A stretch of DNA of 63,100 nucleotides, filler included, from Malassezia furfur (lineage: Eukaryota), in the NCBI GenBank assembly GCA_052055015.1. It is 9 parts of 9 records of this genome, joined end to end, with 100 filler letters (N's around TTAATTAATTAA, not from the genome) between each part and the next. Parts side by side here need not be neighbours in the genome. Positions count along the whole stretch, not along the records: positions 1 to 7,058 come from JBQJIT010000514.1; positions 7,159 to 14,180 come from JBQJIT010000515.1; 7 more parts are not named here. One strand, written 5' to 3'. The notes under the pieces were generated by a model. It made no database searches, had not been told where the DNA came from, and worked only from the letters and a program-made list of their open reading frames with translations. The translations under genes and the position numbers were made by a program. Shown here in pieces: positions 1 through 10,134 of the stretch. How positions within the stretch are numbered: position 1 is the stretch's first letter; each line of letters starts with the position of its first letter.

Positions 1-1070
1 GTCGCTGTCGCGCCGCCCGAGCCCGACGGCGGGCCGAGCGCGTCGTCCGGCGTCGCGTTCGCCGACGTCGGCGCCGAGGCGCCCTGCTGCGGCATGCGGT
101 CCGGGCGGAAGATGTCGACGTCACACCCGAGGTCCACCAGACACGCCTGCAGCTGCAGACACCGGTGGTCCTTTTGCGGGCCCCACGGGAAAATGCGCAC
201 ACGCTTGTTCGGGAGGTGCGGCACCATCGCCTGCAGCGGCAGAGCGTGCACGAGGCGCACGAGCGACGGAGTGCCGTCCGCGACGCTGGCAGGCACACTC
301 GAGATGAGATCGATCGAGCGCGGGCGGCGCAGCGCAATTTGCAGGTACGTTGGGTTCTTGGCGTCGCCGAGCGGCGCGAGGATCGGCAGCGTAGCGCGCT
401 CGTCGGCGGTGAGCGGCGCCTGCGTCGTCGACACGCCGAGCTCGTCGAGGACATGCTGGAGGTGCGCCTGTGGCCCGAGCCACGCGGGCCACGCAGACTC
501 ATCGAGCTGCACGGTGGCATCAAAAAAGAGGTCGATGCGGGCGTCGCTCGAGTGCGAGTGCGACACCGGCAGCATGATCACGCGCGAGTCCTGCTTCGAG
601 AGGCGCACGACCCACGATAGGATGTGCACGAGGATGGTGTGCATCGCGATGCCGTAGTACGCCGAGGGGAACCACGGCAAGCTCATCTCGCCGGGCGCGT
701 CCTGCAGCAGCGCCGTGGCGTCCGCGGCGGCCTCGACCATGGTCGGCGGCGGGACGTAGAGCTGCACGCGGTTCGCGACCGCGCGCATCACCACGACATC
801 TGCGGCGATCTGCACGAGGTCCTCGACGTGCGACGAGCTCGACACGGGCGCCTCCGGGATCGGGATCGCGGTCGGCGCGACACTCTGCGAGAGCCAGGGG
901 CCGAGCCACTGCAGTGCGACGGTGGTGTGCACCACCGCCTGCAGCGACGGCGAGCTCACCGAGACGCGCAGCTGCGCAGACAGCGGCTGCCAGAGTGCCT
1001 GCAGGGTCGCCTCAATGCATTCGAGCAGCGTCTGCGACAGCACCTCGTACGCCTTCTGGCTTGCCAGCAT
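1..1070 (-). CDS. Partial (3'-truncated) protein, possibly Ssk1-type fungal response regulator N-terminal region
   Basis: Open frame from ATG at 1070 (MLASQKAYEVLSQTLL...) runs off the contig start; segment VEDLVQIAADVVVMRAVANRVQLYV resembles the degenerate kinase-like region of fungal Ssk1; receiver domain not in window. Confidence 0.35.
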   Translation of the reverse strand, partial: MLASQKAYEVLSQTLLECIEATLQALWQPLSAQLRVSVSSPSLQAVVHTTVALQWLGPWLSQSVAPTAIPIPEAPVSSSSHVEDLVQIAADVVVMRAVANRVQLYVPPPTMVEAAADATALLQDAPGEMSLPWFPSAYYGIAMHTILVHILSWVVRLSKQDSRVIMLPVSHSHSSDARIDLFFDATVQLDESAWPAWLGPQAHLQHVLDELGVSTTQAPLTADERATLPILAPLGDAKNPTYLQIALRRPRSIDLISSVPASVADGTPSLVRLVHALPLQAMVPHLPNKRVRIFPWGPQKDHRCLQLQACLVDLGCDVDIFRPDRMPQQGASAPTSANATPDDALGPPSGSGGATA

Positions 1071-1162
1071 GCCGCGTCGACGTGGGAGCGCGCGCTGCGC
1101 GCCCGGCGCCCTCGCTCGGCCGGACCTCCACCCGCGCGCGCCCAATCCCCCCGTCACCCCCG

Positions 1163-2856
1163 ATGTCGTGGATGCGCACCCGTGCGGGGGACGCGCGCGA
1201 GCGCCCGCTGCGTGCGTCGCTCGAGGCGGCCCTCGATGCCCTTCCGCCTGCGAGCCCCAAGACGCTCGATGGTGCGACGCTCGTGCGCATGCGCACGTGT
1301 GCCGCGCTCGGCGGCGCCCTCGCACGCGTCCGCTCCGCGCCGGCGCACACCGACGCGGACGCCGAGCGCGTGATCATCGCGGCGCTGCTGTATGTCACCG
1401 ACACGCTCGTGCACGACGCTTCCGCGCTGCACGATGCGCGCTGGTACTGGCAGCAGGTGCACGACTCCCCCTGGCGTGCGGCGCTCGTCTGGACGCAAAG
1501 TACGTGGGCCCCGGCATGCTGACCTTTGCAGCGCTTCCGCAGCGCGCCGCATACAGCGTCGCCCACCGCGGCCTGCGCCCGCTGTGCGCGACGGTGCACC
1601 ACACGCGCCGCGACGCACACGCGCGCATGCACCGCCTCGCAGATACCTACGAGTCGCTCGCCGAAAAGCTCGGCACGCTCGCACTCGACTGGCACCGCGG
1701 CACGATGCCGCGTGCGGTGCTCGCGCAGCACGCCGCGGCTGCGCTCGATCCCGCGCACCACGGCGCGGACGACAAGCCGGACGATGCGCTGGACGCCGCA
1801 CACGCGCTCCTCGAGGCCATTGCGCACCACGAGGCGCACGTCGCCGAGGTGCTCTCGCCGCGCGAGTGCGGCATCCCGTCGGTGCTGATGCGTGTGTGGC
1901 CCGTGGCTGTGGCGTACCCTGTGCTCGCGTACATCGTCACGCGCGCCGTGTCGACGCACTGGCGCACGCTCGTGGCACAGGCGCGCGACGCCGGCGCGAC
2001 GCTGCGTGGCCTCGTGATCGACTGGGTGTGGGAGCCGTCGATGCGCCTGCTCGACACGCTGCGCGCCGGGCGTGCTGAGCGCCGCCTGATCGTGAGCCGC
2101 GACTCGCTCGTCGCGGACGAGCAGAGCCTCGCACGCATGGTCCGTGCGTTTGGTGAGGACCAGCTGCACCTGCGCGGCGCAGAGCTCGACGCGTCGCTGG
2201 CGCGCGCGCAGAACGGCGACCTGACGGACGTGATGGAGCACTATGAGCGCGACATCCGCGCGCCGCTGCGCTCGCTCCTCGTCGGCGGCAGCCTGATCCG
2301 CACCGTGCTGATCCAGGTGCAAAAGGCCAAGGTCGACCTCGAGGTGGCGCTGAACGGCATCGACTGGCTGCTGCACTCGCAGGAGCTGCTCATCGGGTTT
2401 GCGGGCCTCGCGCCGGCGCTTGTGCTCGTGTACGCACTGTGGCGCGTGGCCGCGCGCGCCACGCACGCGCTCGTCTACGGGCGCGCCGCGGGGCAGGCGC
2501 AGCGCTCCACGCAAGAGGCGCGCCTCGAGGCATGGGAGGCGCTGCGCCAGATCGACGCGCTCGTCAGCGAGGCGCCGCGCAGCGAGGCGCGCGCGCCCGC
2601 ATACGGCCACCTGCTGCTCAACATCGACGTGCTGCGCGCCGCGTTTGCGCAGCTGCTCCCCGCCACGACGCGCAAGCGCGCCGTTGGCACGTGCCTCAAC
2701 GACGAGATCGAGCGCGACCTGTGCGCCCTCGAGCTCGCGGGGCAGTCGGCCGTGTTTGCCGGGAACGACACCGCATGGCAGCGCCGCCAGGCGACGATCG
2801 AGCGCATGTGGCGCAGCTGGTCGTGGCTACTTGCTATGAACCGCCTCGTGCCGTAG
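1163..2856 (+). CDS. NCA2: Nuclear control of ATPase protein 2 (Nca2), 1 intron 1500-1531
   Basis: LIRTVLIQVQKAKVDLEVALNGIDWLLHSQELLIGFAGLAP motif; intron joins ORF 914..1522 frame to ORF 922..2856 frame. Confidence 0.85.
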
Positions 2857-2870
2857 CCGAGCGCCCTCGC

Positions 2871-4451
2871 TCACACCATCACCACGCCGTTGCCCGAGCC
2901 AAACAGCGTGGGGTTCGGCACGCTTGCGCCGCCCGCGGCCGCGGGGTCCAGCTCGCGCTCGCCCGCGCGCTGCCCAAGCCCGCCCGCAAGCGGCGGCACA
3001 CGCCAGTTGAACAGGTAGAAGCGCAGAAATCCGTCCCCGGGGCCAAACTTGAGGTCGGGCGCAAACATGGGGTTGTCGAGCACCGTCAGGCAGTTGACCA
3101 CGTCGAAGCGCTGCTGCTTCGCCAGGACGAGCATGTCGGTCATGAGCGCTTGCAGCCGCGTCTTGAGCGCCTCGCGCTGCTCCACGGGCTCCTCGTACCA
3201 CGGGCGCACGTCGGCCTCGTCGGCAAGCTCGGCGTTCGTCAGCTTGCTCAGCCCGGCGCACTCCCACGCCGCCGCGCCGCCGCTCCGCGCCGCGTCGTAC
3301 GCCGACGGGCCCTCGGCCACGTCCGGGCGCGGGAGCACCGGTGCGCTCCACGCCGCTTCGGTCGCGTAATAGAAGAGGTAGGCGGCCTCGAGCGTGTCAT
3401 GCTGGTCGTGCTCAAGGATGGAGGAGGGCAGCGAGTAGAACGAAAAGAAGTCGGTGATGTGCCCGTCGTCGCGCGCCACGACCCACGTCCACGTCACCTG
3501 GCCCTTGCGCGCGACGCCGTCCGCGGCACCGCCGCGCCCGCTGAGCAGGAGGTGCGCGACCTCGGCGTCCGTGTAGCGCGGCGCCATATCAAAGCGGCGC
3601 AGGAAGCGGCGCAGCAGACGTGCGACCTGCGGCACGTCCTCTGGCACCATCTCGCGCAGGCCAGGCAGCGCCGTCTTCTTCGGCAGGTGGAAGCGCGCGA
3701 TGTGCGCATCGCGCGACATGCCCTGCGGCACGGCGCTGAAGCCAATGTCGAGCAGCTTGGACGCATTCAGTGTGCGGTGGTAGTAGCGCGAGCACGACAC
3801 GGGCGTTGGCAGCACGGAGCCGACGGTATAGATCGCCTGGAAGATGCCCGAGCGGTTGCACCGCCGCGTCACCTCCTTGATGAGCACGGGAGCGAACCGC
3901 TTGCTGCGCAGTTTCTTGTGCACGCACAAGAAGTTGATTTCGACCGACTGCCGCGCCATGTCGCGCACGCGCAGCTCCTGCGGGATGCCCGCGATGAATG
4001 CCACGAGCTTGTTGGTCGACACGACCCGCACGCCGACGTGCCACGACTTGTCGTAGCCTGGGTGCCGCAGCACCCAGTGCAGGAATGCAGGCGAGTACTT
4101 GAACCGCATCGTCGAGTCGTCGTCCTCGACGTAGTTCGCCGTGAGCAGCTCGTACACCTCGTGCAGCTGCGCCTCGTCATCCATGTCGACCGTGACCCAC
4201 GTAAAGTCGGGCGGCAGTGGGTACGGCGTCGCGCGCACCTGCTCGGGCGCGAGGTCGGGGTGGATGGGCCCGGCGTCCAGCGCAGGGCTGTCGCCCGGCT
4301 GGGCGACTGGCTGCGTCTTCCAGAACTTGTGCTCGCTCGGCGGAGGCTTTGGCGCAGCTGCACCGCTGCCGCTGCCGCCGTCAAGCATCGCCATGAGCCG
4401 CGCGAGGTTGTGCAGCGAGGCGGCGTCCTTGCGTTCTTCTTCTGGGGGCAT
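2871..4451 (-). CDS. NMT1: Glycylpeptide N-myristoyltransferase
   Basis: HKFWKTQPV, NYVEDDD, EINFLCVHKKLRSKR, KFGPGDG motifs; C-terminal GVVMV. Confidence 0.97.
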   Translation of the reverse strand: MPPEEERKDAASLHNLARLMAMLDGGSGSGAAAPKPPPSEHKFWKTQPVAQPGDSPALDAGPIHPDLAPEQVRATPYPLPPDFTWVTVDMDDEAQLHEVYELLTANYVEDDDSTMRFKYSPAFLHWVLRHPGYDKSWHVGVRVVSTNKLVAFIAGIPQELRVRDMARQSVEINFLCVHKKLRSKRFAPVLIKEVTRRCNRSGIFQAIYTVGSVLPTPVSCSRYYHRTLNASKLLDIGFSAVPQGMSRDAHIARFHLPKKTALPGLREMVPEDVPQVARLLRRFLRRFDMAPRYTDAEVAHLLLSGRGGAADGVARKGQVTWTWVVARDDGHITDFFSFYSLPSSILEHDQHDTLEAAYLFYYATEAAWSAPVLPRPDVAEGPSAYDAARSGGAAAWECAGLSKLTNAELADEADVRPWYEEPVEQREALKTRLQALMTDMLVLAKQQRFDVVNCLTVLDNPMFAPDLKFGPGDGFLRFYLFNWRVPPLAGGLGQRAGERELDPAAAGGASVPNPTLFGSGNGVVMV

Positions 4452-4538
4452 GGTCGTCAAGCACGTGGCACTCCACCCAGTCTAACCCCCTACCCCTCCA
4501 CCACCGCCGCCGCCGCCACTTTTGCGTCCGCGTGGGCC

Positions 4539-5507
4539 ATGGTACGTGTTTTTGTGCTGACCCAGTCGTATGGCTTCCTGAACAAGCAGAACACCGCGAA
4601 TGCGGGGTCATCCTCCGCAGAGACACCCATCCTCTGCGAAACATGTCTCGGGCCGAACCCATACGTGCGCATGTCGCGCCAGCACCTCGGCAAGGAGTGC
4701 AAAGTGTGCGGCCGGCCGTTTACCGTCTTCCGCTGGAACCCCGGCGCGGGGATGCGCTTCAAGAAGACGGAGATCTGCACGACCTGTGCCAAGCTCAAGC
4801 ACGTGTGCCAGACGTGCATCCTTGACCTCGACTACCACCTCCCCACGCACGTCCGTGATGCGGCGCTCCACATCCAAAGCGCGATACCCACGTCGGACAT
4901 CAACCGGCAGTACTATGTGAACCGCATGGAAGCGCTCATGGACGACGAGCAGGCCGCGCCGCAGACGGGACCTGCGCGCGGCGCGGCACATGCGACGCTC
5001 CAAAAGCTCGCGCGCGATACGCCGGACTACAAGCGCAATCGGCCGCAGATCTGCTCGTTCTACGCGCGCGGCGCGTGCACACGCGGCGAAGCGTGCCCGT
5101 ACCGGCATGAGATGCCGAGCGACGCGCCGCGGCAGAGCATTGCCGACCGCTACCACGGCACCAACGACGTCGTGGCGAAGCACATGCTCCAGCGCCTTGC
5201 GCAAGCGAAAGGGCTGACGCCGCCCGCGAACGAGGCCATCATGTCGCTCTTCCTCTCCGGACTGCCCGAGATCAGCGAGGACGGCGTGCGTGCCGCGTTC
5301 CTGGAGAGCGTGCCGGGCCTGCATGCAGACGACATCCGCCAGGTGACGCTGGTGCCGGCGTCGCACTGTGCGTTTGTCAACTTTGCGACGCGTGCGGCCG
5401 CCGAGCGCGCCGCCGAGAGCCTCGCGGTGAAGGTGGAGATTGATGGCAAAGAGGTGCGTGTGGCGTGGGGCCGAACGCCCGCCAAGTCGCGCGAAAAGGA
5501 AACATAG
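4539..5507 (+). CDS. SLT11: Pre-mRNA splicing factor Slt11/RBM22, intron 4542-4565 immediately after ATG
   Basis: PILCETCLGPNPYVRM, ECKVCGRPFTVFRW, KKTEICTTCAKLKHVCQTC, CCCH finger and C-terminal RRM. Confidence 0.93.
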   Translation: MVRVFVLTQSYGFLNKQNTANAGSSSAETPILCETCLGPNPYVRMSRQHLGKECKVCGRPFTVFRWNPGAGMRFKKTEICTTCAKLKHVCQTCILDLDYHLPTHVRDAALHIQSAIPTSDINRQYYVNRMEALMDDEQAAPQTGPARGAAHATLQKLARDTPDYKRNRPQICSFYARGACTRGEACPYRHEMPSDAPRQSIADRYHGTNDVVAKHMLQRLAQAKGLTPPANEAIMSLFLSGLPEISEDGVRAAFLESVPGLHADDIRQVTLVPASHCAFVNFATRAAAERAAESLAVKVEIDGKEVRVAWGRTPAKSREKET

Positions 5508-5531
5508 TGGCTATGTAGACGACGTGCAAGT

Positions 5532-6382
5532 CTACTTGCGACCCTTGCCCTTGGCCTTTTTGGTGGTGATCGGCGTGCCCTCGCGCGCCTCGCGCCCACC
5601 GCTCATCCAGTCGAGGTCGCCCTCGTCAAACGACACGGCCTGCTCGACCTGCACGGCGGCCGCAGCGTCCTCGGCGAAGCGGCGGCGGAAGCGGCCGAGG
5701 CGGCCCGTGTCGTCCTCCGTGTCGCTCTGCGCCGCGCGGCCCATCGTCGGGTTCCACAGCGGGTTGTTGGTGATGTCGCGCGTGAGGCGCACGAGGTGGC
5801 GCGGCGACGTCGTCGTGAGCTGGATCGACGAGCCATCGGCAAGGATGACACGCTGCGGGAACTGCGCGACAGGGCGCGGCAGCGGCGCGGCGCGGGCGTC
5901 CGGGCTGGCGCGCGTCGCGTAGGTGCGGGCGTGCATCCTCGCGTCGGGCCGCGCGTGTGTGTGCAAGTGGGCCGAGGAGCACGGCGTGCGCCGGCCCTGG
6001 GTGCGCTGGATCTCGTCCATCGATGGCGCGCGGCGGGAGCGGCGGATGGTGTCGTTCGAGCCCAGCTCGGTGTCCTTGGTGAAGCGGAGCTCTGTGGTGA
6101 GCCTTTCCAGCACGTACTGTACTTGTGCGGGTCGTCCTCGCCTGCGACGCCCTGCACGACGTTGTGCCGGAAGAGCGCGGCGACCTGCTCGCCCATGGCG
6201 AGACCATCGTCGATTTTCTGAGCGTCGGTCTCGTTGCGAGCCTCGAGGAACCGCCGGCGGGTCTCGTCGTGTGCGGCACGCACTGCGCGCTCGTCACCCG
6301 CAAACACGGTGCGCGTCGTGCGCAGCAGCGTGCGGTACAGCGCGGTCGCGCGCCGCTGCTGCACGGGCGAAAAGGCCGACAT
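5532..6382 (-). CDS. Fusion of Mzm1/LYRM7 (complex III Rieske chaperone) and mitoribosomal bL31m (MrpL36); intron 6092-6117; 274 aa
   Basis: N-half: ALYRTLLR...FAGD...RHNVVQG...KDTELGSNDTI (Mzm1); C-half: VILADGSS...TRDITNNPLWNP...GRLGRFRRRF (bL31m); no stop between them. Confidence 0.85.
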
Positions 6383-6488
6383 GGTGGCTGTAAGACACGT
6401 GGGTCCACGTGATGTTGGCGGCGCAGCGACCGCGCCCCGGGAGGGTGGCAATCGGCCGGGCTGCGTCGACCACCACACCGATAGGAGG

Positions 6489-7058
6489 ATGGTGTCTGCC
6501 GGGGGACGAGTGTACGTCGCTACCACACTAACGCAGCTCGCGCAAGGTGCGCATCACCGTCGTGGCCGCAGATGGGCTCGCCAAGGTACGTGGGCCGCCG
6601 CCGTGCGGCGGGGAGGGCAGACAGACTAACCCCAGCGCGATGTGTTCCGCTTGCCGGACCCGTTTGCCATTGTCACCGTCGACGGCGAACAGACGCACAC
6701 AACGTCCGTCATCAAGAAGACGCTCAACCCGTACTGGAATGACTCGTTCGATATCACCGTGAACGACGCCTCGGTCGTCGCCGTGCAAATCTTTGACCAG
6801 AAAAAGTTTAAAAAGCGCGACCAGGGCTTCCTCGGCGTGATCAACGTGCGCGTCGCCGACGTCATTGACCTCGAGCTTGGCGGCAAGGCGCTGCTCACGC
6901 GCGACCTGAAGAAGTCGAACGACAACCTCGTCGTGCACGGCAAGCTTATTATCGACCTCAACACCAACGTCGGCGGTCCGGCCGACAATGCAGCGCCGCC
7001 GTGAGTGCCCCGGCGCCGCCGCAGGCGCCACGGGCGCGGCACGCACCGGCTCGTCGTG
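6489..7058 (+). CDS. RSP5: Rsp5/Nedd4 E3 ligase, N-terminal C2 domain (partial); introns 6512-6536, 6586-6635
   Basis: [49 protein letters not shown]...[17 protein letters not shown]. Confidence 0.93.
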
Positions 7059-7158
7059 NNNNNNNNNNNNNNNNNNNNNNNNNNNNNNNNNNNNNNNNNN
7101 NNTTAATTAATTAANNNNNNNNNNNNNNNNNNNNNNNNNNNNNNNNNNNNNNNNNNNN
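7059..7158. other. Artificial contig spacer (N44-TTAATTAATTAA-N44)
   Basis: 100-nt N run with a central all-frame stop linker, repeated identically 8 times. Confidence 0.99.
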
Positions 7159-7181
7159 CTCTGCTCTACTACTATACACCG

Positions 7182-7620
7182 CTAGGCAATATTCCGTAGG
7201 ACTGTGTGAGCGCTGTGCACCACCTACCCAGCACGACCGAGTCGCCACGCAAAAACATTTTCGAGATAAAGCGGTCCTTCTGTGGTGAGTGGGGGCGGCG
7301 ACGCACGTTGACGGGCTTCTTGTTCTTGCTTTTCGGCTGCGTCAGTGCTGGACACGTACCACCTCGGTCCACATCTCCTTGACGTTCTCGAGCACCATGT
7401 TCGAGTGCCGGTCAAACGCCTTGACGCGCGCGAGGAGCTTCTTGTTGTTCCGCAGCGAGATGAGCACCTGCGTGTGGTTGCGCACGGACTGCTGCAGCAC
7501 GGAGAGCGGCCCCTGCGAGATCTCGTACTGCTCGAGCTCGCGGATCTGCGCCTCGTCGAGCTCCGACTTGGGCACGTTCACGTATTGACTGCGTCAGCGC
7601 CGCGCCGCTGCCTACCTCAT
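7182..7620 (-). CDS. SMD2: Sm protein D2; introns 7589-7615, 7337-7359, 7280-7306, 7202-7227
   Basis: Spliced product [12 protein letters not shown]...[50 protein letters not shown]...[23 protein letters not shown]. Confidence 0.96.
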
Positions 7621-7668
7621 GGTCGCCGCGAGAAAGCCACGTGACCGACGTTTCTTCGCCCCGACCAT

Positions 7669-10100
7669 ATGAGCGTTACGGTAGTGCTGGACCCGGCCGC
7701 GCGGCTTCCGTTTGTGTCGCCGATCGTGCTGGTGAATGTCGCCGAGGAACACGGAAACAAGGACGTCAAGCTGGACTATGCAGTGAACGAGGGCCCCGCC
7801 GCGACGCTTGCCGACGGCCGCCGCGTCGAGGGCGGCCTGGCGGTGCTGCAGGCGCTCACGTCGCTGTATGCGCCGCTCGGCCTCGCCGGCAGCGACGCGG
7901 AGCGCAGCGCGGTCGACGCGTTTGTGGTGCAGTCGGACACGCTCGCCGCCGCGCCGTTCCAGGAGGCGACGCAGCGCGCCGACGACCTCGACCAGCACCT
8001 GGCGCTGCGCACCTACCTGGTCGGCCACCGCGTGACGGCGGCCGACGTGGCGATCTGGGGCGCGATCCGCTCGTCGTCGCCGCTGCTCGGCATCATCAAG
8101 AAGCACGCGCACACGCACCTCGCGCGCTGGTACGCTCACCTCGACGCGCTGCCGGCGTTTTCGTCGGCGGTGGCCGCCATGGCGCACGCCAAGAGCCACA
8201 TGTTCAAGGAGAAGAAGACGGCGGCGGGCTTTGACCTGTTCCTCAAGGGCGCGAAGGAGGGCGAGGTGGTGACGCGGTTCCCCCCTGAGCCGTCCGGCTA
8301 CCTGCACGTCGGCCACGCGAAGGCCGCGATCCTGAACCAGTACTTTGCGCAGGCGTACAAGGGCAAGCTTGTGGTGCGCTTTGACGACACGAACCCCAGC
8401 AAGGAGAAGCAGGAGTTTGAGGACTCGATCCTCGAGGACCTCAAGCTGCTCGGCATCACGGGCGACGTGGTGACGCACACGTCGGACTACTTCCAGGAGC
8501 TGCACGACCTCGCGGTGCGCCTGATCAAGCAGGGCGATGCGTATGCGGACGACACGCCGCAGGAGGAGATGCGTGCGCAGCGCATGGACGGCCTGCCGAG
8601 CCAGCGGCGCGACGCGAGCGTCGAGGAGAACCTCGCGCGCTTCGCGGAGATGTGCCGCGGCACCGACGAGGGGTGCCGGTGGTGCCTGCGCGCCAAGATG
8701 AGCGTCGACAACCCCAACAAGGCGATGCGCGACCCGGTGATCTACCGGTGCAACGTCGACACGCCGCACGCGCGCACGGGCACGACGTGGAAGGCGTACC
8801 CCACGTACGACTTCTGCTGCCCCGTCGTGGACAGCCTCGAGGGGATCACGCACGCGCTGCGCACGAACGAGTACCACGACCGGAACCCGCAGTACCAGTG
8901 GTTCCTCGAGAAGCTCGGCCTGCGCCACGTGGACATTTGGGACTACGGCCGGATGAACTTTGTGTACACGCTGCTGTCGAAGCGCAAGCTGCAGTGGTTC
9001 GTGGACCACGGCATCGTGCCCGGCTGGGACGACCCGCGCTTCCCGACGGTGCGCGGCATCCGCCGTCGCGGCATGACCATCGACACGATCCGCCAGTTTA
9101 TCCTGTCGCAGGGCCCCTCGCAGCAGATCGTCAACATGGAGTGGGACAACGTGTGGGCGCTCAACAAGCGCCTGCTCGACCCCGTGGTGCCGCGGTACGT
9201 GGCGCTGGACGAGGCGAAGCTCGTCCCGGCGACGCTCGCCAACGCGCCGCCCGCCGAGGAACGCCAGGTGCCGCGCCACAAGAAGAACCCCGAGCTCGGC
9301 ACCAAGACGACCGTGTTTGACGCGGCGATCCTCATCGAGCAGGCGGACGCCGCGTCGTTCGGCGACAACGAGGAGATCACGCTGATGGACTGGGGCAACG
9401 CGATCGTGCGCAAGAAGCACCTCGCCGCCGACGGCTCCGTCGCGTCGCTCGAGCTCGAGGCGAACCTCGACGGCGACTTCAAGGCGACCAAGAAGAAGGT
9501 GACGTGGCTCGCGCAGCCGAACGCGACGCGCCACCTGACGCCGGTGGTGCTGGAGGACTTCGACTACCTGATCACCAAGAAGAAGCTCGAGGAGGACGAC
9601 AAGTTCACCGACTTCCTCTCGCCGCAGACGCGCTTCACCACCGAGGCGCTCGCGGACGCCAACGTCGCCGCGCTCGCCGAGGGCGACGCGATCCAGTTCG
9701 AGCGCAAGGGCTACTTCATCCTCGACCAGGTGCAGGGCCCCGACGGCCGCCGCGTGTTTATCCGCATCCCGGACGGCCGCGCGGCGTCGAGCGCGAGCAA
9801 GGCGGCGCCCGACGAGAATCCCGCCGAGAAGAAGGCCGCCGCCGCCGCCGCGCGCGCGAAGAAGGCCGCGGAGAAGGCCGAGAAGGCGAAGCAGAAGGAG
9901 GCGAAAAAGGCCGCCGCCGGCGGCCGCGGCGCCAAGCCGGTCGCCGACTCGGTGCAGGGCCTGATCGACGAGGGCACGCAGAAGGTCAACATGTACGCGC
10001 TGCCCAACATCAACGAGCCCACCGACACGCAGCCGCAGAGTACGTCGTGACGTCACTGACCCGCTTAGCCAAGATGTACCACGTGCGGCCCATTATGTAG
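7669..10100 (+). CDS. GUS1: Cytosolic glutamyl-tRNA synthetase with GST-like N-domain; intron 10040-10068
   Basis: TRFPPEPSGYLHVGHAKA (HIGH), LSKRKL (KMSKS-like), GWDDPRFPTVRG, IQFERKGYF. Confidence 0.97.
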
Positions 10101-10134
10101 GCGCGCGCATTTCGTAGCTGCACGCGTTGCGACC

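Noticed and set aside
7001..7058. Stop after the Rsp5 C2 domain suggesting a C2-only protein
   Set aside because: TGA overlaps a GTGAGT donor-like site within 60 nt of the contig end; an intron or end-of-contig error is more likely
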